A stretch of 64,000 bases of DNA, taken from assembly GCA_018027755.1 (NCBI GenBank), contig GCA_018027755.1_4098.1; one strand, written 5' to 3'. Shown piece after piece: positions 54,079 through 63,647 of this stretch. A program made the translations under genes and the position numbers. This DNA is from a phage. The first letter of the stretch is position 1; each line of letters opens with the position of its first letter. The notes under the pieces are model-generated. The model did no database searches. It was not told the origin of the DNA and worked only from the letters and a program-made list of their open reading frames with translations.

Positions 54079-54271
54079 TCAAGAATGGAAGACCCAAAAG
54101 TACAGGGAATTCAACAGGAATTTTACAAAAGATGCATTGAATTTAAAAACAACAGAGTTTGATATGTTTATTTTTCTTGGAACACGTTCACAAGAACAAT
54201 TTGTTCATTATTATATAAATTCGTTGCGAACGGAGATAGTATGCAAAACACAGGGTATTATAAAAAGGTAA
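54053..54271 (+). CDS. small protein, family B-like (embedded in family C array)
   Basis: ORF track; FLGTRSQEQFV motif. Confidence 0.5.
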   Translation: MKSIYKTINQEWKTQKYREFNRNFTKDALNLKTTEFDMFIFLGTRSQEQFVHYYINSLRTEIVCKTQGIIKR

Positions 54272-54507
54272 ACCAATATTTGTACGCTACAAAGTACAGG
54301 GATTTTTGTTTAAAGGGTGGTGATGAAGATTTTTCTTTGCGATTATCAGAATTTAATCTGTTATTTTATCTTGGTACAAAAGAACAAGAAGAAATGGCAC
54401 AGAAATTTATCAAGCACCTTTTACAAAAAATTAATATGCAAATTTTGATGCTTAAGTTACAGAATGAGATAAATGAATATGAATCCAGAAATAGTTCAGG
54501 ATCTTAA
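54241..54507 (+). CDS. small protein, family B-like
   Basis: ORF track; YLGTKEQEEMA motif. Confidence 0.5.
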   Translation: MQNTGYYKKVNQYLYATKYRDFCLKGGDEDFSLRLSEFNLLFYLGTKEQEEMAQKFIKHLLQKINMQILMLKLQNEINEYESRNSSGS

Positions 54508-54865
54508 AAAAGTAATATTTCTTTTGAATACCAGAAGTGAATTGTATACAGAGTTAAAAGAGATTAATGCATTTTATCAGAATTTTGTAATCCAAGAGTT
54601 CAGTGATTTAATTACAGATGCATTATTTGAATTCTCGGAGAAATACAAAGGAACAGAGTTCAGTGTTAAGAATGTTATTCGTCCAAGTACAAGGAAAATT
54701 ATATTATCACATTTTACATTTGACAATAAAGATTTATTCAGTCATAATCCAAGTACAGCTTTATATTTTATTCCTGATTCAGACAAAAATCATCCTATTC
54801 ATTACGGATGGATTTTGTCATATATAGTACAAGGAAAGGAGTATCCTATTAAATGGAAAGATTAG
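54473..54865 (+). CDS. hypothetical protein (130 aa)
   Basis: ORF track; no family motif. Confidence 0.5.
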   Translation: MNMNPEIVQDLKKVIFLLNTRSELYTELKEINAFYQNFVIQEFSDLITDALFEFSEKYKGTEFSVKNVIRPSTRKIILSHFTFDNKDLFSHNPSTALYFIPDSDKNHPIHYGWILSYIVQGKEYPIKWKD

Positions 54866-55013
54866 GGCGATTAGATTATTACACAATTAATACAAATTAT
54901 TTGTTGAGTAATATAAAATCCGATTACAAAATATGGATAAAGAACAGAGATAGCATGTGTTATGAATTTTATTTAGATTATGCTATCAAACGATTTTTAA
55001 GAGAAGAACATTA

Positions 55014-55217
55014 ATGCAAAAGATTAATACGATAACATTAAATGCATTACAGGATTCATTATTAGATAGTATTAAGATGTATTACAATATACATTTGAAG
55101 GGTGGTATTGATAATTACGATTATTATTTGAGTTTAATTACATTTGAGCACCTTTCAGTACAGGACAGGATTATACATCCTACAAATCCTAGGTATCCAT
55201 CGATAGGTAAATTATGA
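55014..55217 (+). CDS. hypothetical protein (67 aa)
   Basis: ORF track. Confidence 0.45.
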   Translation: MQKINTITLNALQDSLLDSIKMYYNIHLKGGIDNYDYYLSLITFEHLSVQDRIIHPTNPRYPSIGKL

Positions 55218-55762
55218 ATGAGATAGATTTATTAGCACACAAGATAAGTACAATAATGCTTATCCTCAATAACAACCATCCTATATCGCAGATAGATGGA
55301 ATCCTGAGTCAGAGGACAGGTGGTAGTTTATATTTGTCCATAAACGCAGATATCGCAAGGAAATACATTGATATTGATGTTGAAATCGAATATGATACAA
55401 CGGGGATTGTTGATGTAGGAGCATTAATCAGTTCAAATCCAGTATCAGCATCCCCATTGACCAAAGATGTTAGTACAGGATTCGAAGGATATTTGTGGTA
55501 CAATACCAATGATGATTATTTTATATATCAGCATTCCAATACAAATTATGATGAAGACAAATTTCAGTTCATAGACCCTTATGATGAAGCTGAAGTATTT
55601 CAAAAATCATTAATCACAAAACCGCATGAGATGATGTATCTAATGTTATTCAGTACAATGCATTTGAATCCATTAATTAAAGGTTTAAAATTTTATATTC
55701 AATTAAATTTAGTCCATGTAGTTTATGATTTATTAATGCAAGGATATAGTTATGAAGTATAA
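55214..55762 (+). CDS. tandem family C protein
   Basis: ORF track; DEAEVFQKSLITKP. Confidence 0.55.
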   Translation: MNEIDLLAHKISTIMLILNNNHPISQIDGILSQRTGGSLYLSINADIARKYIDIDVEIEYDTTGIVDVGALISSNPVSASPLTKDVSTGFEGYLWYNTNDDYFIYQHSNTNYDEDKFQFIDPYDEAEVFQKSLITKPHEMMYLMLFSTMHLNPLIKGLKFYIQLNLVHVVYDLLMQGYSYEV

Positions 55763-56063
55763 AATGATGTATACCCCAGATATGATTTATGTTGAATTAG
55801 AAGATGATGACGATGGGTGGAATTTGATTTATTCAAGAAGTTCAGGTTGGTACATGGCACATTTAAATGATTCGATAGTTACAGATTATTTTGTAGATTT
55901 CAATACATTATCCGATGAAGAATTGTTCCAACAGCAATTAGTGATTGACACGGGTGGTTATGATGTCTTATTATTAAAAAAGATACAAAAAGCTGTTATT
56001 GATTTTAAGCCCATGATATGGCAAAGGAAATATTATGACCTCGAAGTACCATACCAGCAATGA
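55752..56063 (+). CDS. tandem family C protein
   Basis: ORF track; SDEELFQQQLVID. Confidence 0.6.
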   Translation: MKYKMMYTPDMIYVELEDDDDGWNLIYSRSSGWYMAHLNDSIVTDYFVDFNTLSDEELFQQQLVIDTGGYDVLLLKKIQKAVIDFKPMIWQRKYYDLEVPYQQ

Positions 56064-56601
56064 AATTCAGTACACCTACGCTAATGCAATCCTTATGGGA
56101 CAAAAGTTAGCTTGTATTGTTGCAGCCTTATATAATGCCCAGAAAGATTACAAGCGTCATATCCACAAATGTATTGGTATTATTCCATCGAAGTACAATA
56201 CATATATTGCGTGCACGAGTCATTTTGATAAACGATTCAATACACCTGATACCCCAAATGCCAGTAGTGTTATTGGTCTTTTGGATTTCGCACCTGGTGC
56301 TGTTATTGGAAAGAATGATTTAGAGTACACATGGTATAATAAAAATGCCCCGTTAGTAATGGGAAAATATGATACAGAAACGAATAAAACAATAGAGTAC
56401 AATACATATAAATCAGAGGAAGAATTTTTCCAAGGTTCATTGCTTGTACCAGTGCGTTTGTTGTTTTATAATGTCCTTATTAGTACAGTACACAATAGTC
56501 CATTACACAAGAATCACAAAATTAATTTCAATTTTTGTGCTTATGCGATTGATGGTGTGTATGAGTGTTTAATGGAGGTATTGAGTTATGAAGCTGAATA
56601 A
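56035..56601 (+). CDS. tandem family C protein
   Basis: ORF track; SEEEFFQGSLLV. Confidence 0.6.
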   Translation: MTSKYHTSNEIQYTYANAILMGQKLACIVAALYNAQKDYKRHIHKCIGIIPSKYNTYIACTSHFDKRFNTPDTPNASSVIGLLDFAPGAVIGKNDLEYTWYNKNAPLVMGKYDTETNKTIEYNTYKSEEEFFQGSLLVPVRLLFYNVLISTVHNSPLHKNHKINFNFCAYAIDGVYECLMEVLSYEAE

Positions 56602-56929
56602 TACATTTGATATTAATAAGTTAAGAGAATGGTTTTATAGTATTGAAATTGAAGCCATCCCGTATCATAGATATGAACAATATAATTTAACCAGTATTGA
56701 TATCCGTGAGTTGTACGCGTATTATCAAAGTGCATTAGAGATGCATAAGTTATTTTTGAGTACAGATTTTGTTATAAATTACAATTTTGAGGAATTTAAT
56801 AATTATAATTTAGTACAGAAATATGTAGTAGCAAAGTACATGTACCTTCAAGGAATTACAAGTAATTTGGAATTCAATACAGTCCTGGCTTTAGTTGAGG
56901 TAATTTTATGCAGTACATGTATGATTTAG
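56588..56929 (+). CDS. hypothetical protein (113 aa)
   Basis: ORF track; no clear family motif. Confidence 0.5.
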   Translation: MKLNNTFDINKLREWFYSIEIEAIPYHRYEQYNLTSIDIRELYAYYQSALEMHKLFLSTDFVINYNFEEFNNYNLVQKYVVAKYMYLQGITSNLEFNTVLALVEVILCSTCMI

Positions 56930-57414
56930 AGTTTAGTTTAGATGCTGCCTTTAAATTTGTTCACAAGATAGAAACAATATACAGTACATTATGTGCAATA
57001 CAATCAGTATCATCTGAGTTTGATGTTGGTGAAAAATATCAGGTATGGAATAATACATTTCTAAACAAAGAACGTTGCTCTACGGGGTTTAATATTTTAA
57101 CATTTAATCCCAGCAATTGTTACCCAGAGAAGCATGAACGTTATCCGAATGACGACATGTGGTTTGATTACACAAAAGATGGTGATATGTCATCCCTTGT
57201 AGTTCCTGATGATTTTAATGCCGAAGATTTAACGAAAGAGTGGTGGTTTCAACAGAATTTAGTACACGATGATATTGATTTATTTTTTTATGTAGTATTT
57301 AAAATGCTTTACCACAACAATATATTAAAAGATAGTGTGTTTTTTTCATGTCTATATATTGATGATTTGTACAATGAAATCCAAATCAACATGCCCAGAA
57401 CGCCTGTATCGTAA
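56908..57414 (+). CDS. tandem family C protein
   Basis: ORF track; KEWWFQQNLVHDD. Confidence 0.55.
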   Translation: MQYMYDLEFSLDAAFKFVHKIETIYSTLCAIQSVSSEFDVGEKYQVWNNTFLNKERCSTGFNILTFNPSNCYPEKHERYPNDDMWFDYTKDGDMSSLVVPDDFNAEDLTKEWWFQQNLVHDDIDLFFYVVFKMLYHNNILKDSVFFSCLYIDDLYNEIQINMPRTPVS

Positions 57415-57439
57415 GATATGGGCTTTTTTCGTTTTGGTA

Positions 57440-57468
57440 TTGACAAAGAAGTGCAAAGCTGTTATCAT
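57440..57468 (+). promoter_or_regulatory. sigma70-like promoter (TTGACA-N17-TATCAT)
   Basis: -35 57440-57445, -10 57463-57468; T-run just upstream; AAAGGAG RBS downstream. Confidence 0.45.
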
Positions 57469-57496
57469 GTGTAATCATTTTAAAGGAGAACATATA

Positions 57497-58009
57497 GTGA
57501 GTTTCATAATCCCTAGTACATACGAAGATGCATCAAGTGCAGTTCATAAGATTCATTATATTTTTAATTTAATTATTAGATCTGCAAAAATTAAAATGTA
57601 TGCACCTCTTGTGACAAATAATCGAAATGAAGAAATTTTTATTAGCACAGACAAAATTATTTTTCCATATTTCAATGAAGATATATTGTGGTTCATACAT
57701 TTAGCTGCATTACAAAAATATAAAATGTCAATTCGTAATAATTTGGATATACCGTTATATCATCCTGATATTGGAGAGGATGAATATTTTCAGTACAGTA
57801 CAGTACACCGCCATGAAGATATCTTTGTTGCTATGCTTATTGCTAAATTGAACACCGTTGATTTGGAGTACCACAAATACAATAATAAATCATGTAAGAT
57901 CATAATCCCTGCATTCATAGCTCTTTATGATTATGTGGTGCATAACAAAAAAGATGATACATATGCTTTCAATGAAGAGTATTTGAATTTTTTTAAGGAG
58001 AACATATGA
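57497..58009 (+). CDS. tandem family C protein
   Basis: Track ORF 57335..58009 trimmed to GTG 57497 after AAAGGAG; EDEYFQYSTVH. Confidence 0.5.
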   Translation: MSFIIPSTYEDASSAVHKIHYIFNLIIRSAKIKMYAPLVTNNRNEEIFISTDKIIFPYFNEDILWFIHLAALQKYKMSIRNNLDIPLYHPDIGEDEYFQYSTVHRHEDIFVAMLIAKLNTVDLEYHKYNNKSCKIIIPAFIALYDYVVHNKKDDTYAFNEEYLNFFKENI

Positions 58010-58533
58010 GCAGTGAAGTGCAGAAATCAATGACATTCAATGAAATTGGTGCATTTAAAGATAAGATCATTGATTGCATTGAATACATGATTTGTAGTAA
58101 TATCGAAAGTATCGAGATATTTAACAAGACAAATCGCTCTTACCATATGATGTACATTGCAAACAATAATGGTATCATTCCATTTATTTCGGATAGTACA
58201 ATATGGTACGCATGTGATACGAAAAAAACCACAATAGGTTTACATTCATTTGAGACACATTATGATCTAATTATTCCTGAACATTGTATGCAAGAAGAAG
58301 AATATTTTCAAATGCAATGTATACATTCACCATTAGTGTTGTTTAGTTTATATATTATACCTTATATCACCAAATGTGTTCATGAGAATAAAGCTCCGTG
58401 GAATCATGAATTTGTATCGTTGAAGTTATTGTATAATGTATTAGTAGAATATTATGATTACAGGCACAATGGTACAATCAGTGATGTATGGGATTTTGAA
58501 TCGCTAAGGGTGAAAACATACACAGGTGAATGA
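58006..58533 (+). CDS. tandem family C protein
   Basis: ORF track; EEEYFQMQCIH. Confidence 0.6.
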   Translation: MSSEVQKSMTFNEIGAFKDKIIDCIEYMICSNIESIEIFNKTNRSYHMMYIANNNGIIPFISDSTIWYACDTKKTTIGLHSFETHYDLIIPEHCMQEEEYFQMQCIHSPLVLFSLYIIPYITKCVHENKAPWNHEFVSLKLLYNVLVEYYDYRHNGTISDVWDFESLRVKTYTGE

Positions 58534-59149
58534 TATGACCAGAATTAAAATGTATGATTTGATGCAGTACAGTAAAATTGCCATTCCAGTGCTTAATAAA
58601 GTGCTGGATGCATTCATTGCCAAATACCCTGAGAATTCAGTGTTATGTATTCCATTTAGTGTTCCAGATAAAGATGATATATTCCAAGTGAATGTCAGTA
58701 CACGTGGTATTACATTGCAGCAGAAATATATGGATACGGAATATTATGGAATAAAGTTGGATTCAGTACAGGGTTCTAAATCAGCCTATGATTTTTTTGT
58801 TCCTAATAACATCGAGTCATGGGAAACAAACATTTCAAAGAAAGATGAAAATGATGTTCCTATTAGTGGTGTGTTCAACAATAAAGTTTTTTATTATTAC
58901 GAAACCGACAAATTCCCTGAAGAGTTATATTACAATTCAGAAATGAATGAAGATGTAGATGCATTCATGTTTCAATTATCTTTAGTACATGATATCATTG
59001 ATGTTCAAGAGTTAAGAGCAGAAATCAATTTAGCTAAAGAGTTATCGGACATGCTGCCACCGTTTAGTATGCTTTTTTGTGAAGGAGGTTATTTTTCAAA
59101 AGAAGTGTTTGAACATTTCGTAGATGTTGTAAAAGGGTTGGATATATAG
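58526..59149 (+). CDS. tandem family C protein
   Basis: ORF track; DAFMFQLSLVHD. Confidence 0.55.
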   Translation: MNDMTRIKMYDLMQYSKIAIPVLNKVLDAFIAKYPENSVLCIPFSVPDKDDIFQVNVSTRGITLQQKYMDTEYYGIKLDSVQGSKSAYDFFVPNNIESWETNISKKDENDVPISGVFNNKVFYYYETDKFPEELYYNSEMNEDVDAFMFQLSLVHDIIDVQELRAEINLAKELSDMLPPFSMLFCEGGYFSKEVFEHFVDVVKGLDI

Positions 59150-59150
59150 T

Positions 59151-59345
59151 ATGCTTATAATTGATATTAAACAAAAATACCGTAAGTTTGATTGGTTCAC
59201 CGATAGTTTCCAGCTTGAATTATTACATATGAATATCAGTGAAACATTATGTGCAGAAACACAAGATGAATTTGATGATAGAGTGATGAACATAGTAATG
59301 CTTTCTTGCTTTAAACATTTTGGTTATTTTTTCGGACAGAATTGA
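59151..59345 (+). CDS. hypothetical protein (64 aa)
   Basis: ORF track. Confidence 0.45.
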   Translation: MLIIDIKQKYRKFDWFTDSFQLELLHMNISETLCAETQDEFDDRVMNIVMLSCFKHFGYFFGQN

Positions 59346-59353
59346 GGTAAAAA

Positions 59354-59872
59354 ATGCATCAACACAAGCATCATTCATATGATTTTGCAATTAACATTAT
59401 GAAGTTTATTCGAGCGTTGGAGGATGGGAAGCTTAGTCATAAGTACACCAAAGTAGGTGACAATTGGTTCAGAAATGATGATGATGAGTTCAGAAGTCAT
59501 AAGATTGTTTACAGCAATAATTACAGTGCCAATTACCTACAAGATGTAGTGATGTGTTTTGAATACGTGTTGCAGTTCAGGGGTTCAATCCAAGATGAGT
59601 TGATGGAGAACATGTACATCCGATACCTTCCAATGCTCAAAGATGAAAATGTATTATTAAATTCAATATACCAACGAGTTCGTGAAATTGAGTGCAGGGA
59701 TATATTAGATACAGAAGAATCGTATTTCCAGCAATCCCTGATTTATGCACCTGATTTATTACAGGTACATAATTTGTTTAATACATTACGTCAGAACATC
59801 AGTACAGACATATTTTTGTCATTATCGGATTATGATACATTTGTCAAAGATTTAGAGGAAATAGGTTTATGA
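59354..59872 (+). CDS. tandem family C protein
   Basis: ORF track; EESYFQQSLIYAPD. Confidence 0.6.
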   Translation: MHQHKHHSYDFAINIMKFIRALEDGKLSHKYTKVGDNWFRNDDDEFRSHKIVYSNNYSANYLQDVVMCFEYVLQFRGSIQDELMENMYIRYLPMLKDENVLLNSIYQRVREIECRDILDTEESYFQQSLIYAPDLLQVHNLFNTLRQNISTDIFLSLSDYDTFVKDLEEIGL

Positions 59873-60213
59873 GTCGATTTTCGGTTTATATAGTAAACGT
59901 CAGTAAAGATGGTAGTTTAATTGAATTTGATGTAGTTGATAACAATGATAATTCATATGGTATTAAGGTACAGGACAATAATGTACAGTTCAGTACAAGG
60001 ACAAATTTTGAGAATCCAGTCCAAGTTCCGAATTTCATAGAAGATGAAGCTGCACGATTCCAATACGAAACGGCCTTTGATAATATGCATATGCATATTA
60101 TTATGCAACAAAGTTTAGTTCAATTGCTTCAGGTATTCAGACAAAATATATATGTACATGAAGTGTCGATTAATGGCATTCAAAGTTCCGTTTTGTTCGG
60201 TACAAATATGTAA
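59869..60213 (+). CDS. tandem family C-like protein
   Basis: ORF track; degenerate motif (ARFQYETAF..QQSLVQL). Confidence 0.5.
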   Translation: MSRFSVYIVNVSKDGSLIEFDVVDNNDNSYGIKVQDNNVQFSTRTNFENPVQVPNFIEDEAARFQYETAFDNMHMHIIMQQSLVQLLQVFRQNIYVHEVSINGIQSSVLFGTNM

Positions 60214-60223
60214 GGAAAGTACA

Positions 60224-60775
60224 ATGAGTTCAATGAGTTTATTAGATACATTAGAAAAAGACAGAAGTGCAATTAAGCGTTTAAAAGAGCAAGTACAAAA
60301 GATTGTATACAACGTTGATAAGTTTGAGGTTCCCGGAAGATTTGGTGATATTTCCCATACGGAGATCAAATCCCTTAAGTCAGATTTGTTGATTAAAAAT
60401 AAAAATGGGTTGATTTTAGTTTTGAGTTCAGATATGATGGGGGCAACACATAGTTATAATGCCGTATCGGTGCGTTCCGAGTGTGAAGGTATATATCTAT
60501 CACAGGGTTTCAATAGCGAGACACAGGTTTGTTTTTGTGATGCAGTACATGACCCTATGAAGTTCACGAGAAGTGAAGCCCAAGCGTTATTAGAGCTATC
60601 AGACGAGAGTTTGTTTCAGTACAGTACAATGTATGACAATGATAAGCTTCGTTGTATGTACGCTGTAAAGCATTATACACAGGAGTTTTCTGGATTTGCA
60701 TACCTTTTAGTTAGAACCAATACCAGATATATTGATATGTTAGAAGATTACATCGATAAAGTTGTTAATGTATGA
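60224..60775 (+). CDS. tandem family C protein
   Basis: Track ORF trimmed to ATG 60224 after AAGGAAAG; DESLFQYSTMYD. Confidence 0.55.
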   Translation: MSSMSLLDTLEKDRSAIKRLKEQVQKIVYNVDKFEVPGRFGDISHTEIKSLKSDLLIKNKNGLILVLSSDMMGATHSYNAVSVRSECEGIYLSQGFNSETQVCFCDAVHDPMKFTRSEAQALLELSDESLFQYSTMYDNDKLRCMYAVKHYTQEFSGFAYLLVRTNTRYIDMLEDYIDKVVNV

Positions 60776-60965
60776 TGTATTATTATGTGATGGGATAATG
60801 CTGATGAAAGAGTTATTTGAAGATCAGTTCAATACATATGTGGATAATATTCTTTATTCCAGCCGTGCTAGTCAACGAGGAAATCGTGCTTACAATATTG
60901 ATTACCTATTAGTGGTGCTGAGTTCACAGTACACCTACGCTGTACAGAGGACATATTATGAATAA
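60762..60965 (+). CDS. hypothetical protein (67 aa)
   Basis: ORF track. Confidence 0.45.
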   Translation: MLMYDVLLCDGIMLMKELFEDQFNTYVDNILYSSRASQRGNRAYNIDYLLVVLSSQYTYAVQRTYYE

Positions 60966-61161
60966 TTTTAGAGATGTTGCTAAGGAGAAGTTCAAGTGCA
61001 GTTTAGATTTTGGGTTAAATGATTTTCTGACATGCACAATGTACAGGAATGATGATTATGAGCAATCCGTAATTTCGTTGCACAGATATTTCGAAATAAT
61101 TTACGCAAGATATCTTAGAAGGTTAGAGGGAATAGGGGATTGGTATAATGATTACGTTTGA
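60958..61161 (+). CDS. hypothetical protein (67 aa)
   Basis: ORF track. Confidence 0.45.
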   Translation: MNNFRDVAKEKFKCSLDFGLNDFLTCTMYRNDDYEQSVISLHRYFEIIYARYLRRLEGIGDWYNDYV

Positions 61162-61384
61162 AGAACCAGAAACAATGAGTCCATATACGATGAAAGGTTT
61201 TGAATTCATGATGGATTCAATTTTGAAGAGTTCGTGTTTAGTACACAATCCTGAGCGTGCAACAGTGAGGGAATATCAGGACAATGCATTACAGCGTGTA
61301 ATGAATATGTACAGGAATACGAGTCGCAAGCTTTGTGCGTTGAAAAGGATTGAAGAAATCAAGGTTTCTAGGCTGAATAAATAG
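61148..61384 (+). CDS. hypothetical protein (78 aa)
   Basis: ORF track. Confidence 0.45.
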   Translation: MITFEEPETMSPYTMKGFEFMMDSILKSSCLVHNPERATVREYQDNALQRVMNMYRNTSRKLCALKRIEEIKVSRLNK

Positions 61385-61581
61385 AGACGTTTCATTTTGA
61401 CAGGCCGCAGGGGGGGTCAAAAAAATTTCCGCTGAAAAACATGCTAAGGTATATGTTTAATATAAAGTTTTATATTGTGTTTTTCAGAGTACAGTTCATG
61501 TTTCCTGAAACAAAAAATACCCCGCCGCCGAACGTTCTCCTTATATTGGAGTTTACCTTATTAATTATAGTAGAGATTAAG

Positions 61582-61959
61582 ATGGAAATAAAATATAATG
61601 AATTTTGTGCAAGGACATGGATGTACACTGGTGAGTTAGTTACGCACTCTAACTTATACAAGGGTGATTTAAACTACGCTAGGGACAAGATTTTAAAGTA
61701 CTGGAATGCTGACTTTTATTTGATGGATTTTAGTACTGGGTTTAGGGGTAAAGCAACCGAGATGTTGGACTATACAGTACTTGATGATGCTGCACTGTTT
61801 CAGGAGGCATTAGTATTTGATAAGAAGTACATCTGTACATTAGAAGAGATGATTGAATTACAGCGTAGTATTAAATGTATTCACAGGGAATGTATAGATA
61901 TCTGGTGCAGTACTGGTGAAGATAATTTTTGTAATCATTTCAATCTAGGGGAAGTGTGA
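61582..61959 (+). CDS. tandem family C protein
   Basis: Track ORF 61441..61959 trimmed to MEIKYNEF; DAALFQEALVFDKKY. Confidence 0.5.
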   Translation: MEIKYNEFCARTWMYTGELVTHSNLYKGDLNYARDKILKYWNADFYLMDFSTGFRGKATEMLDYTVLDDAALFQEALVFDKKYICTLEEMIELQRSIKCIHRECIDIWCSTGEDNFCNHFNLGEV

Positions 61960-62315
61960 TGGAATTTGATTTTTTAATATCAGTACATACTTTCAAGCAC
62001 AGTTATCAGTACTTTTGTAATTTAAACAAAGGTGATTTAATGCACAGTGCAAATGAGTATATTCATTACACTCAGGGTAAATTTACATTCATTGATTACA
62101 GTTCATTACAGTATCCACACCAAGATATGCCGGACTATACATTAATGGATACCGCAGAACTATTCCAAGAATCATTAGTATTTGATAAGAAGTACTTGTG
62201 TACATTTGAAGAAGTTATTGCAATACAAAATGAAATGAAAGAGTATGCTGCTTTGCATAAACCCAATGCAAGTATTAATCAAGAATACAAATTCAATTTA
62301 GGAATTCAAGAATGA
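61956..62315 (+). CDS. tandem family C protein
   Basis: ORF track; TAELFQESLVFDKKY; close paralog of neighbours. Confidence 0.65.
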   Translation: MMEFDFLISVHTFKHSYQYFCNLNKGDLMHSANEYIHYTQGKFTFIDYSSLQYPHQDMPDYTLMDTAELFQESLVFDKKYLCTFEEVIAIQNEMKEYAALHKPNASINQEYKFNLGIQE

Positions 62316-62671
62316 CATATGATTATTCTATGTACTATTATAAGTTACCTAAAGGATGGGACTTGTGCTGTAATCTTATTAAGGGCGACTCGGAACATGA
62401 GTTGAGTTTATATATGCATTACAAAGATTCTTGTTTTAAATTTATTCATGTATCACATGACGACTATGACTATGAATCTGAGAGTCTTATAGATTATACA
62501 GTACTGGACGATGGTGAACTATTTCAGGCTGCATTAGTGTTTGATAAGAATAAGTACTCCTGTACATTTGAAGAAATGGTTTCTTTGCAAAATGAAATGA
62601 AGAGATTTGAAAAAGAAAACGTATTTAATCCATCCCCATCAAGAACGAATAATTATTATTTCAATATATGA
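62312..62671 (+). CDS. tandem family C protein
   Basis: ORF track; DGELFQAALVFDKNKY. Confidence 0.65.
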   Translation: MTYDYSMYYYKLPKGWDLCCNLIKGDSEHELSLYMHYKDSCFKFIHVSHDDYDYESESLIDYTVLDDGELFQAALVFDKNKYSCTFEEMVSLQNEMKRFEKENVFNPSPSRTNNYYFNI

Positions 62672-62680
62672 GATTATAAA

Positions 62681-63175
62681 ATGACATTACAGAGTTCATT
62701 GGAAAAAGCAAAGAAGATTCATGAGTACATGAATATGGCAAAAGAAGGTTCAGTTTACGGTGTTTTCAAAGACACAAGTACTCAATATTATGTGCCAGAT
62801 AACCTCCTTTATAATGACTGCTCAGATACAGAAACGTGCGTACTGGATACAGAAACGTGCATACTAGATACCGACCCTAATGATTATGAATGTTTCATTG
62901 ATATGCATAATGAGTACATGGTCTATATTAATGATGCAGATATTACCATATACAGTACTGACTGCGATTCCGATGACATTATAATTCCGAGTGAAGTACT
63001 AGAAGGTCAGTGGGATAGTGAAGAGTATTACTTCCAACAAAGTACTGTATACGATGATGAAGTACTTGAAGTATTAGTTATTATGTGGTACTTTAAAAGT
63101 ATTGGTTCTGGGAACTTCTATTTCGATTACAGATACGTAACGAAAACTGTAGATAACGGTATTAACAGGGGTTGA
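62681..63175 (+). CDS. tandem family C protein
   Basis: ORF track; SEEYYFQQSTVYDDEVLEVLVIMWYF. Confidence 0.65.
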   Translation: MTLQSSLEKAKKIHEYMNMAKEGSVYGVFKDTSTQYYVPDNLLYNDCSDTETCVLDTETCILDTDPNDYECFIDMHNEYMVYINDADITIYSTDCDSDDIIIPSEVLEGQWDSEEYYFQQSTVYDDEVLEVLVIMWYFKSIGSGNFYFDYRYVTKTVDNGINRG

Positions 63176-63176
63176 A

Positions 63177-63647
63177 ATGAGTTTAGAAAGAGCATTAGAG
63201 ATTGCGAAGTTAATTGATTTATGCAGCAAAGAAATTGTAGCAAATTGTCTTAATGGATATCTATTCAAGGAAGGTAAATCATATTGTCGAATGAGATACG
63301 ATGACAGTAGTGAGTACATTCACATGTATGAAGAAAACTTAGATTCTTCTGAAACAACACTCAATGGGTGTGATGTTAATTTGGAAGATAATTACATGTA
63401 CTTCTGTCGTGATGCTGATATTTTAATACAAGATTCTGACATTATATCTGGTGCAGCAGAGAAACATCTTCCGTATTCAGTACTGGATAATGACTGGGGA
63501 AGTGAAGAGTACTACTTCCAGCAGAATACTATCTACGAGGAAGATGTACTTGACAAGCTTGTCATTCTGTGGTACTTTAATAATACAGATTGTCCTAGCT
63601 TCTATTTGGACTTGGATCTACTACGAGTTATTAAAGAGGATATATGA
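63177..63647 (+). CDS. tandem family C protein
   Basis: ORF track; SEEYYFQQNTIYEEDVLDKLVILWYF. Confidence 0.65.
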   Translation: MSLERALEIAKLIDLCSKEIVANCLNGYLFKEGKSYCRMRYDDSSEYIHMYEENLDSSETTLNGCDVNLEDNYMYFCRDADILIQDSDIISGAAEKHLPYSVLDNDWGSEEYYFQQNTIYEEDVLDKLVILWYFNNTDCPSFYLDLDLLRVIKEDI

